64,000 nt of DNA. Source: Candidatus Parcubacteria bacterium. GTDB taxonomy: Bacteria; Patescibacteriota; Patescibacteriia; UBA1558; GWA2-36-10. Position numbers and translations under genes: made by a program. Shown in pieces: positions 55,239 through 63,767 of the stretch. The notes under the pieces are model-generated. The model saw only the letters and a program-made list of their open reading frames with translations. It was not told the origin of the DNA and searched no databases. The stretch is taken from the NCBI GenBank assembly GCA_018664825.1, contig JABJNO010000006.1, forward strand, positions 15,157 to 79,156, written 5' to 3'. Every line of letters begins with the position of its first letter. Position 1 is the first letter of the stretch.

Positions 55239-55787
55239 TTATATTTTTAATGCCGGCGGATGATATCCTCCAGACGCTGCAGCTGCTGCTGTCGTACCAC
55301 TGGTCGAAGAATCTCTCCCTTTGACACCACCACCTGCTCCACTAGGATCATATGTAGCGCCACCTGTTCTTGAATTGTCCAAAAAATCAAGTGCGCCCCC
55401 GGTACTTCTACGAGGATCTTTGTGAAGTTGTGCTTTTTTGGCCTCCGTTCTAGAAGGCTTCGCGTTTTTGGCAGCTGTTTTACTAGCTGCCTTTGCGGCA
55501 TTACCCTTGCTCAAATGAGTCAACATTTGTCTAAGCTCTCTTTTGCCCTGATTACTCATACCACTGATAGAGCGAAGATCGCTGTCCACTTGTGACTTAC
55601 TATACTTACCTTTTTGTATGGCAGTTTGTCTTTTTTTGGCCAATTTTATGATTGCCTCCTGACTAGCCTTGAGTTGGTTTAGCCCTCCTGCAGAAGCCGC
55701 GTGTCTAAATTTACTTTGTAAACTACCAGAGCCAGATGTAGCTTTAAATTTTGCACCAGTTGGCAGTCTTTTTATAATATCACCCAT
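55239..55787 (-). CDS. Basic low-complexity hypothetical protein (Ala/Gly/Ser/Lys-rich)
   Basis: 182-aa ORF with GC about 48%. No catalytic motifs. Confidence 0.35.
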   Translation of the reverse strand: MGDIIKRLPTGAKFKATSGSGSLQSKFRHAASAGGLNQLKASQEAIIKLAKKRQTAIQKGKYSKSQVDSDLRSISGMSNQGKRELRQMLTHLSKGNAAKAASKTAAKNAKPSRTEAKKAQLHKDPRRSTGGALDFLDNSRTGGATYDPSGAGGGVKGRDSSTSGTTAAAAASGGYHPPALKI

Positions 55788-55863
55788 ATTTTTATCTTAA
55801 TAATATAGTTAAGAATAGCATATTTTAAAAATTCTCGACAATCCAAAATATTTAAGCTAATAT

Positions 55864-56397
55864 ATGAATATGGACATAATTACTATACAACATCTTTGCG
55901 CAGTAATGAGAGAAAATATAAGTAAATCTAAATTTACTCTTGAAACTATTGAAGAAAAAATTCAATCTAACAATTTCAACTGTTTGACTGAAAAACAATC
56001 TCTAAGCGCAAATATAAAAAACTCCCAAGAACTCCTAGAAGTAAGCAAAGAAACAACTACTGGCTTACGTCTCGTTAGACAAAGCTATACCAATCTTAAG
56101 AACAAAAAAATTACTCCTGAACCAGATATTTTGGAAGCAAACATACCTCGATTCGGTAAGGATATCAAAGTTGGTACTCAAATGAGGGTTTTTTTTGATG
56201 ATTTTAAACCAACAGTAGAAGAGAGCACGGTTTGTACGGTAGTAGGTTTTAGGAGAACCAAAAAACCTCTGATTGGTAAAAAACCAAAAGATGATCTTGA
56301 AATAATACTTTTGTATGAAGATAAACACAACAAAGGAAAAGTAACCACGGTGGGTCTTTCTGAAAGATTTTTTAATCAATGCGACCTTATAGAATAA
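55864..56397 (+). CDS. Hypothetical protein
   Basis: 177-aa ORF; no motif recognised. Confidence 0.4.
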   Translation: MNMDIITIQHLCAVMRENISKSKFTLETIEEKIQSNNFNCLTEKQSLSANIKNSQELLEVSKETTTGLRLVRQSYTNLKNKKITPEPDILEANIPRFGKDIKVGTQMRVFFDDFKPTVEESTVCTVVGFRRTKKPLIGKKPKDDLEIILLYEDKHNKGKVTTVGLSERFFNQCDLIE

Positions 56398-56401
56398 ACA
56401 T

Positions 56402-56791
56402 ATGAAACAATCAAACATTTCTTTCAACGAATTAGTCAGCAAGCTAGACGACTTTGACAAAGCTAGAGACTGGATTGGCCTAGACCCTGCAGATCTAGCA
56501 AAGTCTATCGCCCTAGAGGCTTCCGAGCTTTTGGAGTTTTATCAATGGGACAACAGTCTGACTGCCAAAGGCAAAAAAATACCAAAAAAGGATAAAGAAG
56601 AAATAGGTTTTGAGGTAGCTGATATTTTGATCTATTTACTCAAATTTTGCCGAGAGACAAAGATAGATATTGTAGGCGCTACTTTCAAAAAACTAGAGCA
56701 CAACAACAAAAAATATCCCGCCAACTACAAAGACAAGGGCGGGCACGAAGAATATGAAAGAATAAAAAAATCTTATCGTAATAAAAAATAA
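56402..56791 (+). CDS. MazG-like nucleotide pyrophosphohydrolase
   Basis: DWIGLDPADLAKSIALEASELLEFYQW ... EEIGFEVADILIYLLKFCRETKIDI (EExxE/D metal-binding helix pair). Confidence 0.65.
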   Translation: MKQSNISFNELVSKLDDFDKARDWIGLDPADLAKSIALEASELLEFYQWDNSLTAKGKKIPKKDKEEIGFEVADILIYLLKFCRETKIDIVGATFKKLEHNNKKYPANYKDKGGHEEYERIKKSYRNKK

Positions 56792-56795
56792 TTTT

Positions 56796-57197
56796 ATGAA
56801 AAAAGAATACTTAGAATTAATAAAAAAAGCTTCTGCATTGGCCAAGGCCAAAAGACACAATGACTCCATAACATCGGGCTACGTTGGTTGTGCATTACTC
56901 ACTGATCAGGGCAATACCTACACTGGGGTAAGTATTGATGCTGATTGTGCTATTGGATTTTGTGGTGAACACAGTGCTATTGCTCAGATGATTACCGCCG
57001 GCGAAGATCGCATCAAAGCAATCGTAGCTGTGGCTGATGAAAAAGACATCCTGCCCCCTTGTGGTCGTTGTAGAGAACTTATTTATCAAACAAACTACGC
57101 CAACCTAGATACCGAGGTTATCCTTTCCAAGGATAAAACAATCCCCCTTGGAGAATTACTCCCTTACAATTGGCAAAATCATTCTAATAAAAAATAA
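56796..57197 (+). CDS. cdd: Cytidine deaminase
   Basis: Zinc ligands in CGEHSAIAQ (C/H-x-E) and PCGRCRELI (PCGxCRQ). Confidence 0.8.
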   Translation: MKKEYLELIKKASALAKAKRHNDSITSGYVGCALLTDQGNTYTGVSIDADCAIGFCGEHSAIAQMITAGEDRIKAIVAVADEKDILPPCGRCRELIYQTNYANLDTEVILSKDKTIPLGELLPYNWQNHSNKK

Positions 57198-57340
57198 TTA
57201 GAAAAATATACATTCAAAAAACCCACTAGCTCATTTAGTGGGTTTTGTTATTATGATTGACAAAAGTCTTCAAATACACTTAAATACAAGCAGAATGATC
57301 TTTTTAATGAGTAAAAACCATAAACCAAGGAGAGTTTATA

Positions 57341-57637
57341 GTGAAAAGCAATGGAGAAACCGTCCAAATGACAAGGTCTGATGGAAAGCTAGGAGTTGAG
57401 TTTAACCCCCCTGAAGAATTGCAAAGATTTCTAGATTTTGTCATAAAATCCGAAGACCCCTACATGGAGCACTACCCTCAAATCCTCCGAAATGGAGGCA
57501 TCATTCCTTTGGACGATCCTGAATTTATGAAAATGTTGGATAGAAAAGGAATTACTCCTTATACTATCCCCAACACAATGCGAGCTGACTATTTGGTAGC
57601 CTTTCAAAAAAATAAGGCCTCCCAGTCAACTACATAA
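57341..57637 (+). CDS. Hypothetical protein, GTG start with SD
   Basis: ccaaggagagtttataGTG. 98 aa. Followed by the terminator aaaagtctaatcttttaagattagacttttt. Confidence 0.4.
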   Translation: MKSNGETVQMTRSDGKLGVEFNPPEELQRFLDFVIKSEDPYMEHYPQILRNGGIIPLDDPEFMKMLDRKGITPYTIPNTMRADYLVAFQKNKASQSTT

Positions 57638-57706
57638 AAGTCTAATCTTTTAAGATTAGACTTTTTTATTTAAAATAAAAAAAGCGGAGTTGTCTCCGCT
57701 CTTGTC

Positions 57707-58018
57707 TCACGAAAAAAAAGTAGGGAATTGACCTTTGATTAGATTGGCCAAAGCTATTGAAACCACAAACATCGGTAAAAAAAATACTGTGAACCGCCTG
57801 GGATATTCAACTCTTCTTTTTAGAAAACCCCAAAATATACTCAGGCCAAAAAACATAATAACATTATTCCAAAATCCAGTATGATCATAATGATTTGCCC
57901 AGAGCATATGAGTAATAAACACCAATGTAAATAAGATCGTCACCAGGGTGACATAAACCGTATTGTTTGGTTTGATTTTCACGTCTACCTCCTTGTTCCC
58001 TAAGTTTGTAACGTACAA
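57707..58018 (-). CDS. Small integral membrane protein (3 TM)
   Basis: Followed on the minus strand by the terminator agcggagacaactccgct + T7. The overlapping track ORF 57885..58124 is rejected. Confidence 0.45.
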   Translation of the reverse strand: MYVTNLGNKEVDVKIKPNNTVYVTLVTILFTLVFITHMLWANHYDHTGFWNNVIMFFGLSIFWGFLKRRVEYPRRFTVFFLPMFVVSIALANLIKGQFPTFFS

Positions 58019-58124
58019 AAGAACGCTTATTTTTACTATATATTTGAATATTTGTCAATAATAGGGTAAAATACAAGCTAAAGAGGGCCCCCTGGGCCAA
58101 CAATGATATTATTAAAAAAATCAT

Positions 58125-58397
58125 ATGGATGCTGATGACAAAAAGAAAATAAAAGATTATTTAAACAGTCCTGATACTGAACTTTTAAATATTATCCGTA
58201 GCCAATATGACACTCCCAATGCAGACCTCGCCAAATGGACTCTCAATTATAGGCTCTACGATACTATGGTGAGCCTCAACCATAGTATAAAAGCAAACAG
58301 TAAAAATGCTGCTCGTTATAATAGATATATGTTTTGGATTGCCATCTTCATGGCCACAATGACTGCTCTTAATATGATATTTATTATTTCTCTATAA
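58125..58397 (+). CDS. Hypothetical protein with C-terminal TM helix
   Basis: 90 aa. Followed by the terminator aaacccccgttgttttaacgggggttttttg. Confidence 0.4.
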   Translation: MDADDKKKIKDYLNSPDTELLNIIRSQYDTPNADLAKWTLNYRLYDTMVSLNHSIKANSKNAARYNRYMFWIAIFMATMTALNMIFIISL

Positions 58398-58428
58398 AAT
58401 AAATTACAAAAAATAAACCCCCGTTGTT

Positions 58429-58608
58429 TTAACGGGGGTTTTTTGAATACCTCTTCAGAGATTGCATAAACTTTTTCCGCTTCTGCGGACAAATTTCAGT
58501 ATCTCCGATTTCACGAATATGATTTCTGATCCCTATGATCATAAAGGTAAAAATACCTACAAAAATCAAACCAGCGACTACAGCCACGATGATTTCTTTG
58601 ATTTCCAT
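58429..58608 (-). CDS. Small membrane protein (59 aa) with textbook sigma70 promoter and SD; not in track
   Basis: TTGACA-17-TATAGT upstream, then aaaaaggagaccaagATG. Protein MEIKEIIVAVVAGLIFVGIFTFMIIGIRNHIREIGDTEICPQKRKKFMQSLKRYSKNPR, hand-translated. Its stop lies within the downstream terminator hairpin. Confidence 0.4.
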   Translation of the reverse strand: MEIKEIIVAVVAGLIFVGIFTFMIIGIRNHIREIGDTEICPQKRKKFMQSLKRYSKNPR

Positions 58609-58769
58609 CTTGGTCTCCTTTTTCCAGAGTTTTAAGGTTCAAAAATATTCTAAATACTATATCATAAAAATCTGTTTTTGTCAACAGATTCGACAAGCTC
58701 ACTACAAGTAAATAAAAACCCACCTCAATCTTTTGAAGATATATTGGTGGGTTATAGTCGGGGGTACAT

Positions 58770-59060
58770 CTACAGTTGACCTCCTGTGTAGAGCCTGGTA
58801 CTAATCCAGACATAAAAGACAACCGAGCCTATGATAAGTAAGCACGTAACCACCGCTACCGGAAAACTCAATCGACTAAGATTGGGATAATCTTTACGAT
58901 TATAGACTTCCAGTCTACTAATAAACAGGGAAAGTACTCCCACAGCAGTACCAGCGATTAGCTTGGACTTTACACCAGGCATAACGGCCACCAACAGCAC
59001 CATCAGGACAAGGGCCACAACGGCCCAGACAAAGGGGTTATACAACAGCTTTTTCATCAC
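58770..59060 (-). CDS. Integral membrane protein (3 TM) with SD
   Basis: gggaaggaagaggtgATG. GC about 50%. Followed on the minus strand by the terminator cccacc...ggtggg + T5. Confidence 0.45.
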   Translation of the reverse strand: MMKKLLYNPFVWAVVALVLMVLLVAVMPGVKSKLIAGTAVGVLSLFISRLEVYNRKDYPNLSRLSFPVAVVTCLLIIGSVVFYVWISTRLYTGGQL

Positions 59061-59087
59061 CTCTTCCTTCCCGGGGGATACGGGATT

Positions 59088-59222
59088 TTAAGCTACCTTG
59101 ACTATGGACATTAGTAGAAGAGCCAAAATGCAAAACAATAAACCCAGATCAAGCCAGTAGGCCTTGTTTGTTTCTAATGGCTCTTCTTCTCGACGATCAC
59201 GTCCTCTTTTTCCACTCATTGC
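59088..59222 (-). CDS. Small membrane protein (about 44 aa) with SD and TTGACA-17-TATATT promoter
   Basis: gggaggaatggcaATG. Protein MSGKRGRDRREEEPLETNKAYWLDLGLLFCILALLLMSIVKVA. The track's longer version (to 59333) includes the promoter region and is unlikely. Confidence 0.4.
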   Translation of the reverse strand, partial: AMSGKRGRDRREEEPLETNKAYWLDLGLLFCILALLLMSIVKVA

Positions 59223-59289
59223 CATTCCTCCCTGTTCAATGTAAAATAAAGGGTACAAAAACATCTTAATATAATTTATTATATCAGTT

Positions 59290-59847
59290 ATGTCAAATAT
59301 AGAAAATAGGCACAAATTAGGTAAAATACACATCTATACTGGAGATGGTAAAGGCAAGACTACTGCAGCCCTAGGATTGGCCGTCCGAGCTCTAGGCAAT
59401 GGCCTCCGAGTTGGTATTATTTATTTTGACAAAGGTGGAGATTATTACAATGAAAGAAAAATCCTAGACAAGCTAAAGCCAGATGGTCTAGAATACAAGG
59501 CTTTTGGCCAAACAAGAATGGTAGAAAAAAAAGGTTTTCGTTTTGAAAATGTACCAGCTGACTTTGCTGATGCCGAAGATGCTATCCTAACTGCTGAAAA
59601 ATGGATGAAAAAAAGGCTTGATTTGATGATTTTGGATGAGATCAATACTACCGTCAAAACGGGCTTGCTAAAAGTTGAAAAAATTGTTAATTTACTAGGG
59701 CAGAAACCAGCTCATTTAGAACTGATTTTGACTGGCCGTTATGCTCCAGATGAAGTTTTAAAATTCGGTGACTTGATTACCGAAATGACTATGGTCAAAC
59801 ATTATATGAGTGAGGGTATTCCTGCTAGAAAAGGGATTGAATTCTAA
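59290..59847 (+). CDS. cobO: Cob(I)alamin adenosyltransferase (CobO/BtuR/CobA type)
   Basis: P-loop-like HIYTGDGKGKTTAALGLAVRALGNGLRVGIIYFDKGG, then LDE. Confidence 0.8.
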   Translation: MSNIENRHKLGKIHIYTGDGKGKTTAALGLAVRALGNGLRVGIIYFDKGGDYYNERKILDKLKPDGLEYKAFGQTRMVEKKGFRFENVPADFADAEDAILTAEKWMKKRLDLMILDEINTTVKTGLLKVEKIVNLLGQKPAHLELILTGRYAPDEVLKFGDLITEMTMVKHYMSEGIPARKGIEF

Positions 59848-59872
59848 TAATTATACTGAGCTTTATTAAAAT

Positions 59873-60304
59873 ATGAAAAAAATTATATCTTTTATCTTCT
59901 TTATTGTAGCCATTGCTATTATTGTGCTAATATTAAGAAACAATGGTCTCCCAAATATTGGTAACAACACAATCGACGAAGGACCTATAAAAAAATATAT
60001 CGGCATAGAGTTCCTATTTACTGAAGACGACAAAATTTTTGTCCAATATGAACACATTGATCCCCCTCAAGATCTATTTACTATCACTCAGGATATAGCC
60101 CTACAACAAAACTGGGAATTTGCTTCTGAGGACTATGGAGAGATGGGCATCTTGGTTGAAAAAATAAAAGACAAAGAAAACGGAGAGAGCAAAAAATACT
60201 GGCAATACTTTATGGACCTACAACAACCCCAAGTATCTGCTGAAAAGTTTTATCCTACACCAGGACAATACATACAATGGAAATTTCAAGCGTCTGAATT
60301 TTAA
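59873..60304 (+). CDS. Membrane-anchored/secreted small protein, hypothetical
   Basis: N-terminal TM/signal. 143 aa. No motif recognised. Confidence 0.4.
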   Translation: MKKIISFIFFIVAIAIIVLILRNNGLPNIGNNTIDEGPIKKYIGIEFLFTEDDKIFVQYEHIDPPQDLFTITQDIALQQNWEFASEDYGEMGILVEKIKDKENGESKKYWQYFMDLQQPQVSAEKFYPTPGQYIQWKFQASEF

Positions 60305-60328
60305 AAAATATATTTAGTTTATCAAAAT

Positions 60329-60853
60329 ATGAAAAAAACAAACCTATTACTTATAGTAGCAATTAGTCTAATACTCTTACTTGCTAGATTGATTCCACAT
60401 GTACCAAATTTTTCTCCTTTGGCTAGTGTACTACTTTTTGCTGGAGTATACGCCAAAGACAAAAGATATCTTTTGATTCCTCTAGTTGCCTTATTTGTCT
60501 CTGACTTGTTTCTTGGTTTTTATAAACTAGAAATCATGCTATCTGTTTATATCTCCTTGGCATTGATAGGATTGGTTGGCGTCATAGTCAAAAAAAACAA
60601 AAATATTTTGAACATTATTACCGGCTCTATGGGAGCAGCTATATTATTTTTCCTAGTCACTAACTTTGCTGTTTGGTATTTTGGCGCCTGGTATCCAAAT
60701 ACTCTTTCCGGATTAGCTCTGTGCTATAGTCTGGCAATTCCTTTTTTCAAAAGTACTTTAATCAGCAATTTATTTTATACAAGTGTACTGTTTGGCACTT
60801 ATGAAATGGCCTTATATTTTTACCAACAAAGAATTCTAGCCAAATCCCGTTAA
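60329..60853 (+). CDS. Small polytopic membrane protein (5-6 TM), possible transporter substrate-capture-like component
   Basis: 174 aa with six hydrophobic segments. No ATPase nearby. Function not determinable. Confidence 0.35.
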   Translation: MKKTNLLLIVAISLILLLARLIPHVPNFSPLASVLLFAGVYAKDKRYLLIPLVALFVSDLFLGFYKLEIMLSVYISLALIGLVGVIVKKNKNILNIITGSMGAAILFFLVTNFAVWYFGAWYPNTLSGLALCYSLAIPFFKSTLISNLFYTSVLFGTYEMALYFYQQRILAKSR

Positions 60854-60896
60854 AAAATTTCTAGCCAAAATAAACAATAATTTTTTTTAAAACAAA

Positions 60897-60929
60897 TTGT
60901 CTTGAGCGTAGTCGAAAGGCGATTTTTTT
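60897..60929 (+). repeat. Hairpin repeat copy B (ttgtct-TGAGCGTAGTCGAA-aggcga + T7), acting as terminator of the upstream gene
   Basis: Same loop as copy A. The stem forms with two G-U wobbles, which works only in RNA and in this orientation. Followed by ttttttt. Confidence 0.5.
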
Positions 60930-60981
60930 AATTGTCAAAAAAATGGTATAATAATAATAGTAAAAATTATTACACACAAAA

Positions 60982-62025
60982 ATGGACAAAAAAATAAACA
61001 TCAACGATTTATTTAAAAAAGCAACCGAAAAAAAAGCCTCTGACTTACACATCATTGCTGGTAAACCACCTATCTTGAGAATTGACGGAGAACTAAAGGT
61101 AATTGCGGATTATCCTATTATTACTAGAACATCTGGAAAAGAAATGGTTTTTAGTATTCTTACTGAAAGACAAAGAATAAAGTTCGAAGAAGAAAGAGAA
61201 CTAGATATTTCTTATGAAATTCCCAAATTTTCTCGTTATCGTGTCAATCTACATTGGGAGAAAGACAATGTTGGTCTAGTAGCTAGGGTCATTTCAAATG
61301 AGGTCCCTTCTATAGACACACTTGGCCTACCTCCAATAGCCCTAGAGCTGATCTCCAAAACTAGTGGGCTACTCCTAGTGACCGGTCCTACTGGCTGTGG
61401 TAAATCCACCACTCTAGCCGCTATGGTAGAAAAAATAAACCAAATGCGCTTTGCTAATATTATTACCCTTGAGGATCCTATTGAGTTTATCCATAAACCA
61501 GTCAAAAGTATTATCAAGCAAAGACAACTAGGCAATGACATGCTGACTTTTGAAGGAGCCTTGCGACATGTCTTGAGACAAGATCCAAATGTAATCATGG
61601 TCGGTGAGGTCAGAGATCTAGAAACAATGGCAGCGACTATTACCCTAGCTGAAACCGGTCACCTAGTACTAGCCACTCTACATACTCACAATGCCGCCCA
61701 AACAATTGATCGTATTATCGACGTCTTCCCCCCTCATCAACAGGCCCAAGTCAGACTTCAGTTGTCTATTTCTTTGAGCGGTATCATCTCCCAACAATTA
61801 TTACCTAGAGTTGGTGGAGGTCGTATTGCAGCCAGAGAGATACTACTAAACACTCCAGCAGTAGCAAATATTATTCGCGAGAACAAAGTACCTCAAATCA
61901 AAAGCGTCATTCAAACTAGCGCTGAAGAAGGTATGTTTACAATGGAACAAAATATCAAGGAGTTATTAAGTCAAAACTTGATTGAAGAAACTACTGCTAT
62001 GGCTTATTTGAGTAACTTTCAATAA
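60982..62025 (+). CDS. pilT: Type IV pilus retraction ATPase PilT
   Basis: Walker A GPTGCGKSTT. Asp box, Walker B and His box VIMVGEVRDLET ... HLVLATLHT. 347 aa. Confidence 0.85.
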   Translation: MDKKININDLFKKATEKKASDLHIIAGKPPILRIDGELKVIADYPIITRTSGKEMVFSILTERQRIKFEEERELDISYEIPKFSRYRVNLHWEKDNVGLVARVISNEVPSIDTLGLPPIALELISKTSGLLLVTGPTGCGKSTTLAAMVEKINQMRFANIITLEDPIEFIHKPVKSIIKQRQLGNDMLTFEGALRHVLRQDPNVIMVGEVRDLETMAATITLAETGHLVLATLHTHNAAQTIDRIIDVFPPHQQAQVRLQLSISLSGIISQQLLPRVGGGRIAAREILLNTPAVANIIRENKVPQIKSVIQTSAEEGMFTMEQNIKELLSQNLIEETTAMAYLSNFQ

Positions 62026-62969
62026 TGAACAAAGCTATTCTCTCACAAATAAGTTTATTTAAAAATCTAAGCCCCAAAGAAATTTCAATAGTGGCTGATT
62101 TTTTGATAGACAAACAATACAACCAGGGTGACAAAATATTTAAAGTGGGAACTGTTCGAGATAAAATAATAATAATCACCGATGGTATGGCCGCCCTAAA
62201 GACAGGTCTTGATAGCGAACAAACCATTGCTCTTTTCAAAAAATATGACTCTCTAGGAGAAATGGCCTTGGTGTCAAAAGCCAGCACTCATCAATATGGA
62301 CTAGAAGTAGATACTCCAAAACTAAAAACCCTTGAACTATCTGTCTACAATTGGGCTACCATCTTAAAAAATCATCCCAAAATTGCCAACAAAATATACC
62401 AAAATATTTCCATCACAATCAAAGATCGCCTCAATCATGCCAACAATAAATTAGTGGCTCTGTTTGCTGCCGGTCAAATAATCAGTGGCCTGGATGATCT
62501 AAAAACTACCCTATCCTCTATCCTAAATATCATCCTCAAAATTATTCCTTCCGAAAAAGCTGCCTTTGCCACTTATTCAAAAGATATCCAAAAGGTTCAT
62601 ATCTATGAAAGCGTTGGTTTTAAAAATATAATAGATAACAAAAGTTATGATATAAACAAAGATCCCTTATTGACTTTTGTAGCATCTGAAGCAAAGACTA
62701 CTATCTTGGAAAAAAACAATTGGCCCAAAGAATATCAAACACTGCCCTACAAATGTGACACCCTGATTGTCTGCCCAATCAAAATACAAAAAAATGTAAT
62801 TGGTTTTATAATTTTGGGAGACAAGAGTAATGGCAGGGACTTTAGTACCAACAATAAAATACTATTAGAGTCACTTTCTAGCCAAGCTGCTCCGGCCATT
62901 TATTATATATCTTCCCAAAAAATAAAAAAAGCAGCCCAAGATATAAAAAGAGAATATATTGATCTCTAG
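62025..62969 (+). CDS. Cyclic-nucleotide-binding-domain plus GAF-like domain regulatory protein
   Basis: N-terminal cNMP-binding-like segment LFKNLSPKEISIVADFL...GDKIFKVGTV...GEMAL. C-terminal GAF-like region. Start overlaps the pilT stop (TAATG). Confidence 0.5.
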   Translation: MNKAILSQISLFKNLSPKEISIVADFLIDKQYNQGDKIFKVGTVRDKIIIITDGMAALKTGLDSEQTIALFKKYDSLGEMALVSKASTHQYGLEVDTPKLKTLELSVYNWATILKNHPKIANKIYQNISITIKDRLNHANNKLVALFAAGQIISGLDDLKTTLSSILNIILKIIPSEKAAFATYSKDIQKVHIYESVGFKNIIDNKSYDINKDPLLTFVASEAKTTILEKNNWPKEYQTLPYKCDTLIVCPIKIQKNVIGFIILGDKSNGRDFSTNNKILLESLSSQAAPAIYYISSQKIKKAAQDIKREYIDL

Positions 62970-63050
62970 TCACTACTATTGAAATATCTTTTATTCTGTG
63001 TTATATTGTTTTGGCTTATAGCTTATCAGGCTATTTTTTAATATAAATCT

Positions 63051-63126
63051 GCGGTCGTAGCTCAATGGATAGAGCACTTGGCTTCGGACCAAGGGGTTGT
63101 AGGTTCGACTCCTACCGGCCGCACCA
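63051..63126 (+). tRNA. tRNA-Arg (anticodon TCG), CCA encoded
   Basis: GCGGTCGTAGCTCAATGGATAGAGCACTTGGCTTCGGACCAAGGGGTTGTAGGTTCGACTCCTACCGGCCGCACCA. Anticodon loop CTTCGGA. Confidence 0.85.
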
Positions 63127-63202
63127 TTCGACTCGCTTCGCTCGCTCATGGCCTACGGCCAGAATATGCGAGGCGAATGTCCTGAGCCTAGTCGAAGGAC
63201 AT
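63124..63202 (+). repeat. Inter-tRNA copy of the hairpin repeat: one inverted half (63124-63152) and one direct hairpin C (63177-63202: atgtcc-TGAGCCTAGTCGAA-ggacat)
   Basis: The stem atgtcc/ggacat covaries with ccgtcc/ggacgg of copy A while the loop is conserved. The inverted half begins at the tRNA CCA end. Confidence 0.55.
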
Positions 63203-63219
63203 CAATCATTATCAAGTCC

Positions 63220-63295
63220 GCCCTTATAGCTCAGTCGGTAGAGCAGTTGCCTCTTAAGCAAACGGTCGGGGGTTCAAGTCCCTCTGAGGGCACCA
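63220..63295 (+). tRNA. tRNA-Lys (anticodon CTT), CCA encoded
   Basis: GCCCTTATAGCTCAGTCGGTAGAGCAGTTGCCTCTTAAGCAAACGGTCGGGGGTTCAAGTCCCTCTGAGGGCACCA. Anticodon loop CTCTTAA. Confidence 0.85.
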
Positions 63296-63402
63296 CTAAA
63301 ATAACCTTTTCTACAGGGTTGTTTTTAATTTGACAGCTTTGGAGATTAGCCCTAAGATAAATACGATTTGTTGTACCCTACGACTCAAAAAGGAGAGAGG
63401 AA

Positions 63403-63633
63403 GTGAAAAACACTCGTGTCATAATCGTCACCAATGGTGAACCACTACCCACAGAAATCACTCAACAACTAGAAGCTGGCTACCAGGAGGTAATTGTTAC
63501 TGAAGACATGGATATTGGAGATGTTCTCCGAGATTGCTTTTTTACTAGGATTGGCTATTATAGCCCTCTACACCGACAGTTTGTTGGTGAGCTACTCAGC
63601 CACCTAAAAAGACACAATACAAGGCCTTCCTAA
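63403..63633 (+). CDS. Hypothetical small protein, GTG start with SD
   Basis: aaaggagagaggaaGTG. 76 aa. GC about 48%. Confidence 0.35.
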   Translation: MKNTRVIIVTNGEPLPTEITQQLEAGYQEVIVTEDMDIGDVLRDCFFTRIGYYSPLHRQFVGELLSHLKRHNTRPS

Positions 63634-63767
63634 AGCCCCAATCTATCAAGATTGGGGCTTTTATTGTATAATATTGACATACTATCCCAATATTGGTAGT
63701 ATAAACAATCGTTTCGTTTCGTACTTTTCATTCACATCTCAAAAGGAGGTGAAATAATGAGTTCCTA

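Noticed and set aside
57885-58124. ORF 57885..58124 (-) overlapping 57707..58018
   Set aside because: It is in a different frame and overlaps by 130 nt. It covers the promoter region of the + gene at 58125. The membrane-protein frame 57707..58018 is the better call.
58511-58822. ORF 58511..58822 (-)
   Set aside because: It has no SD or promoter. It overlaps both the SD-bearing small ORF (58429-58608) and the 58770..59060 gene in other frames. The peptide composition is not protein-like.
59088-59333. 81-aa version of the small membrane protein
   Set aside because: The N-terminal 37 codons cover a TTGACA-17-TATATT promoter. The internal Met preceded by GGGAGGA is the likely start.
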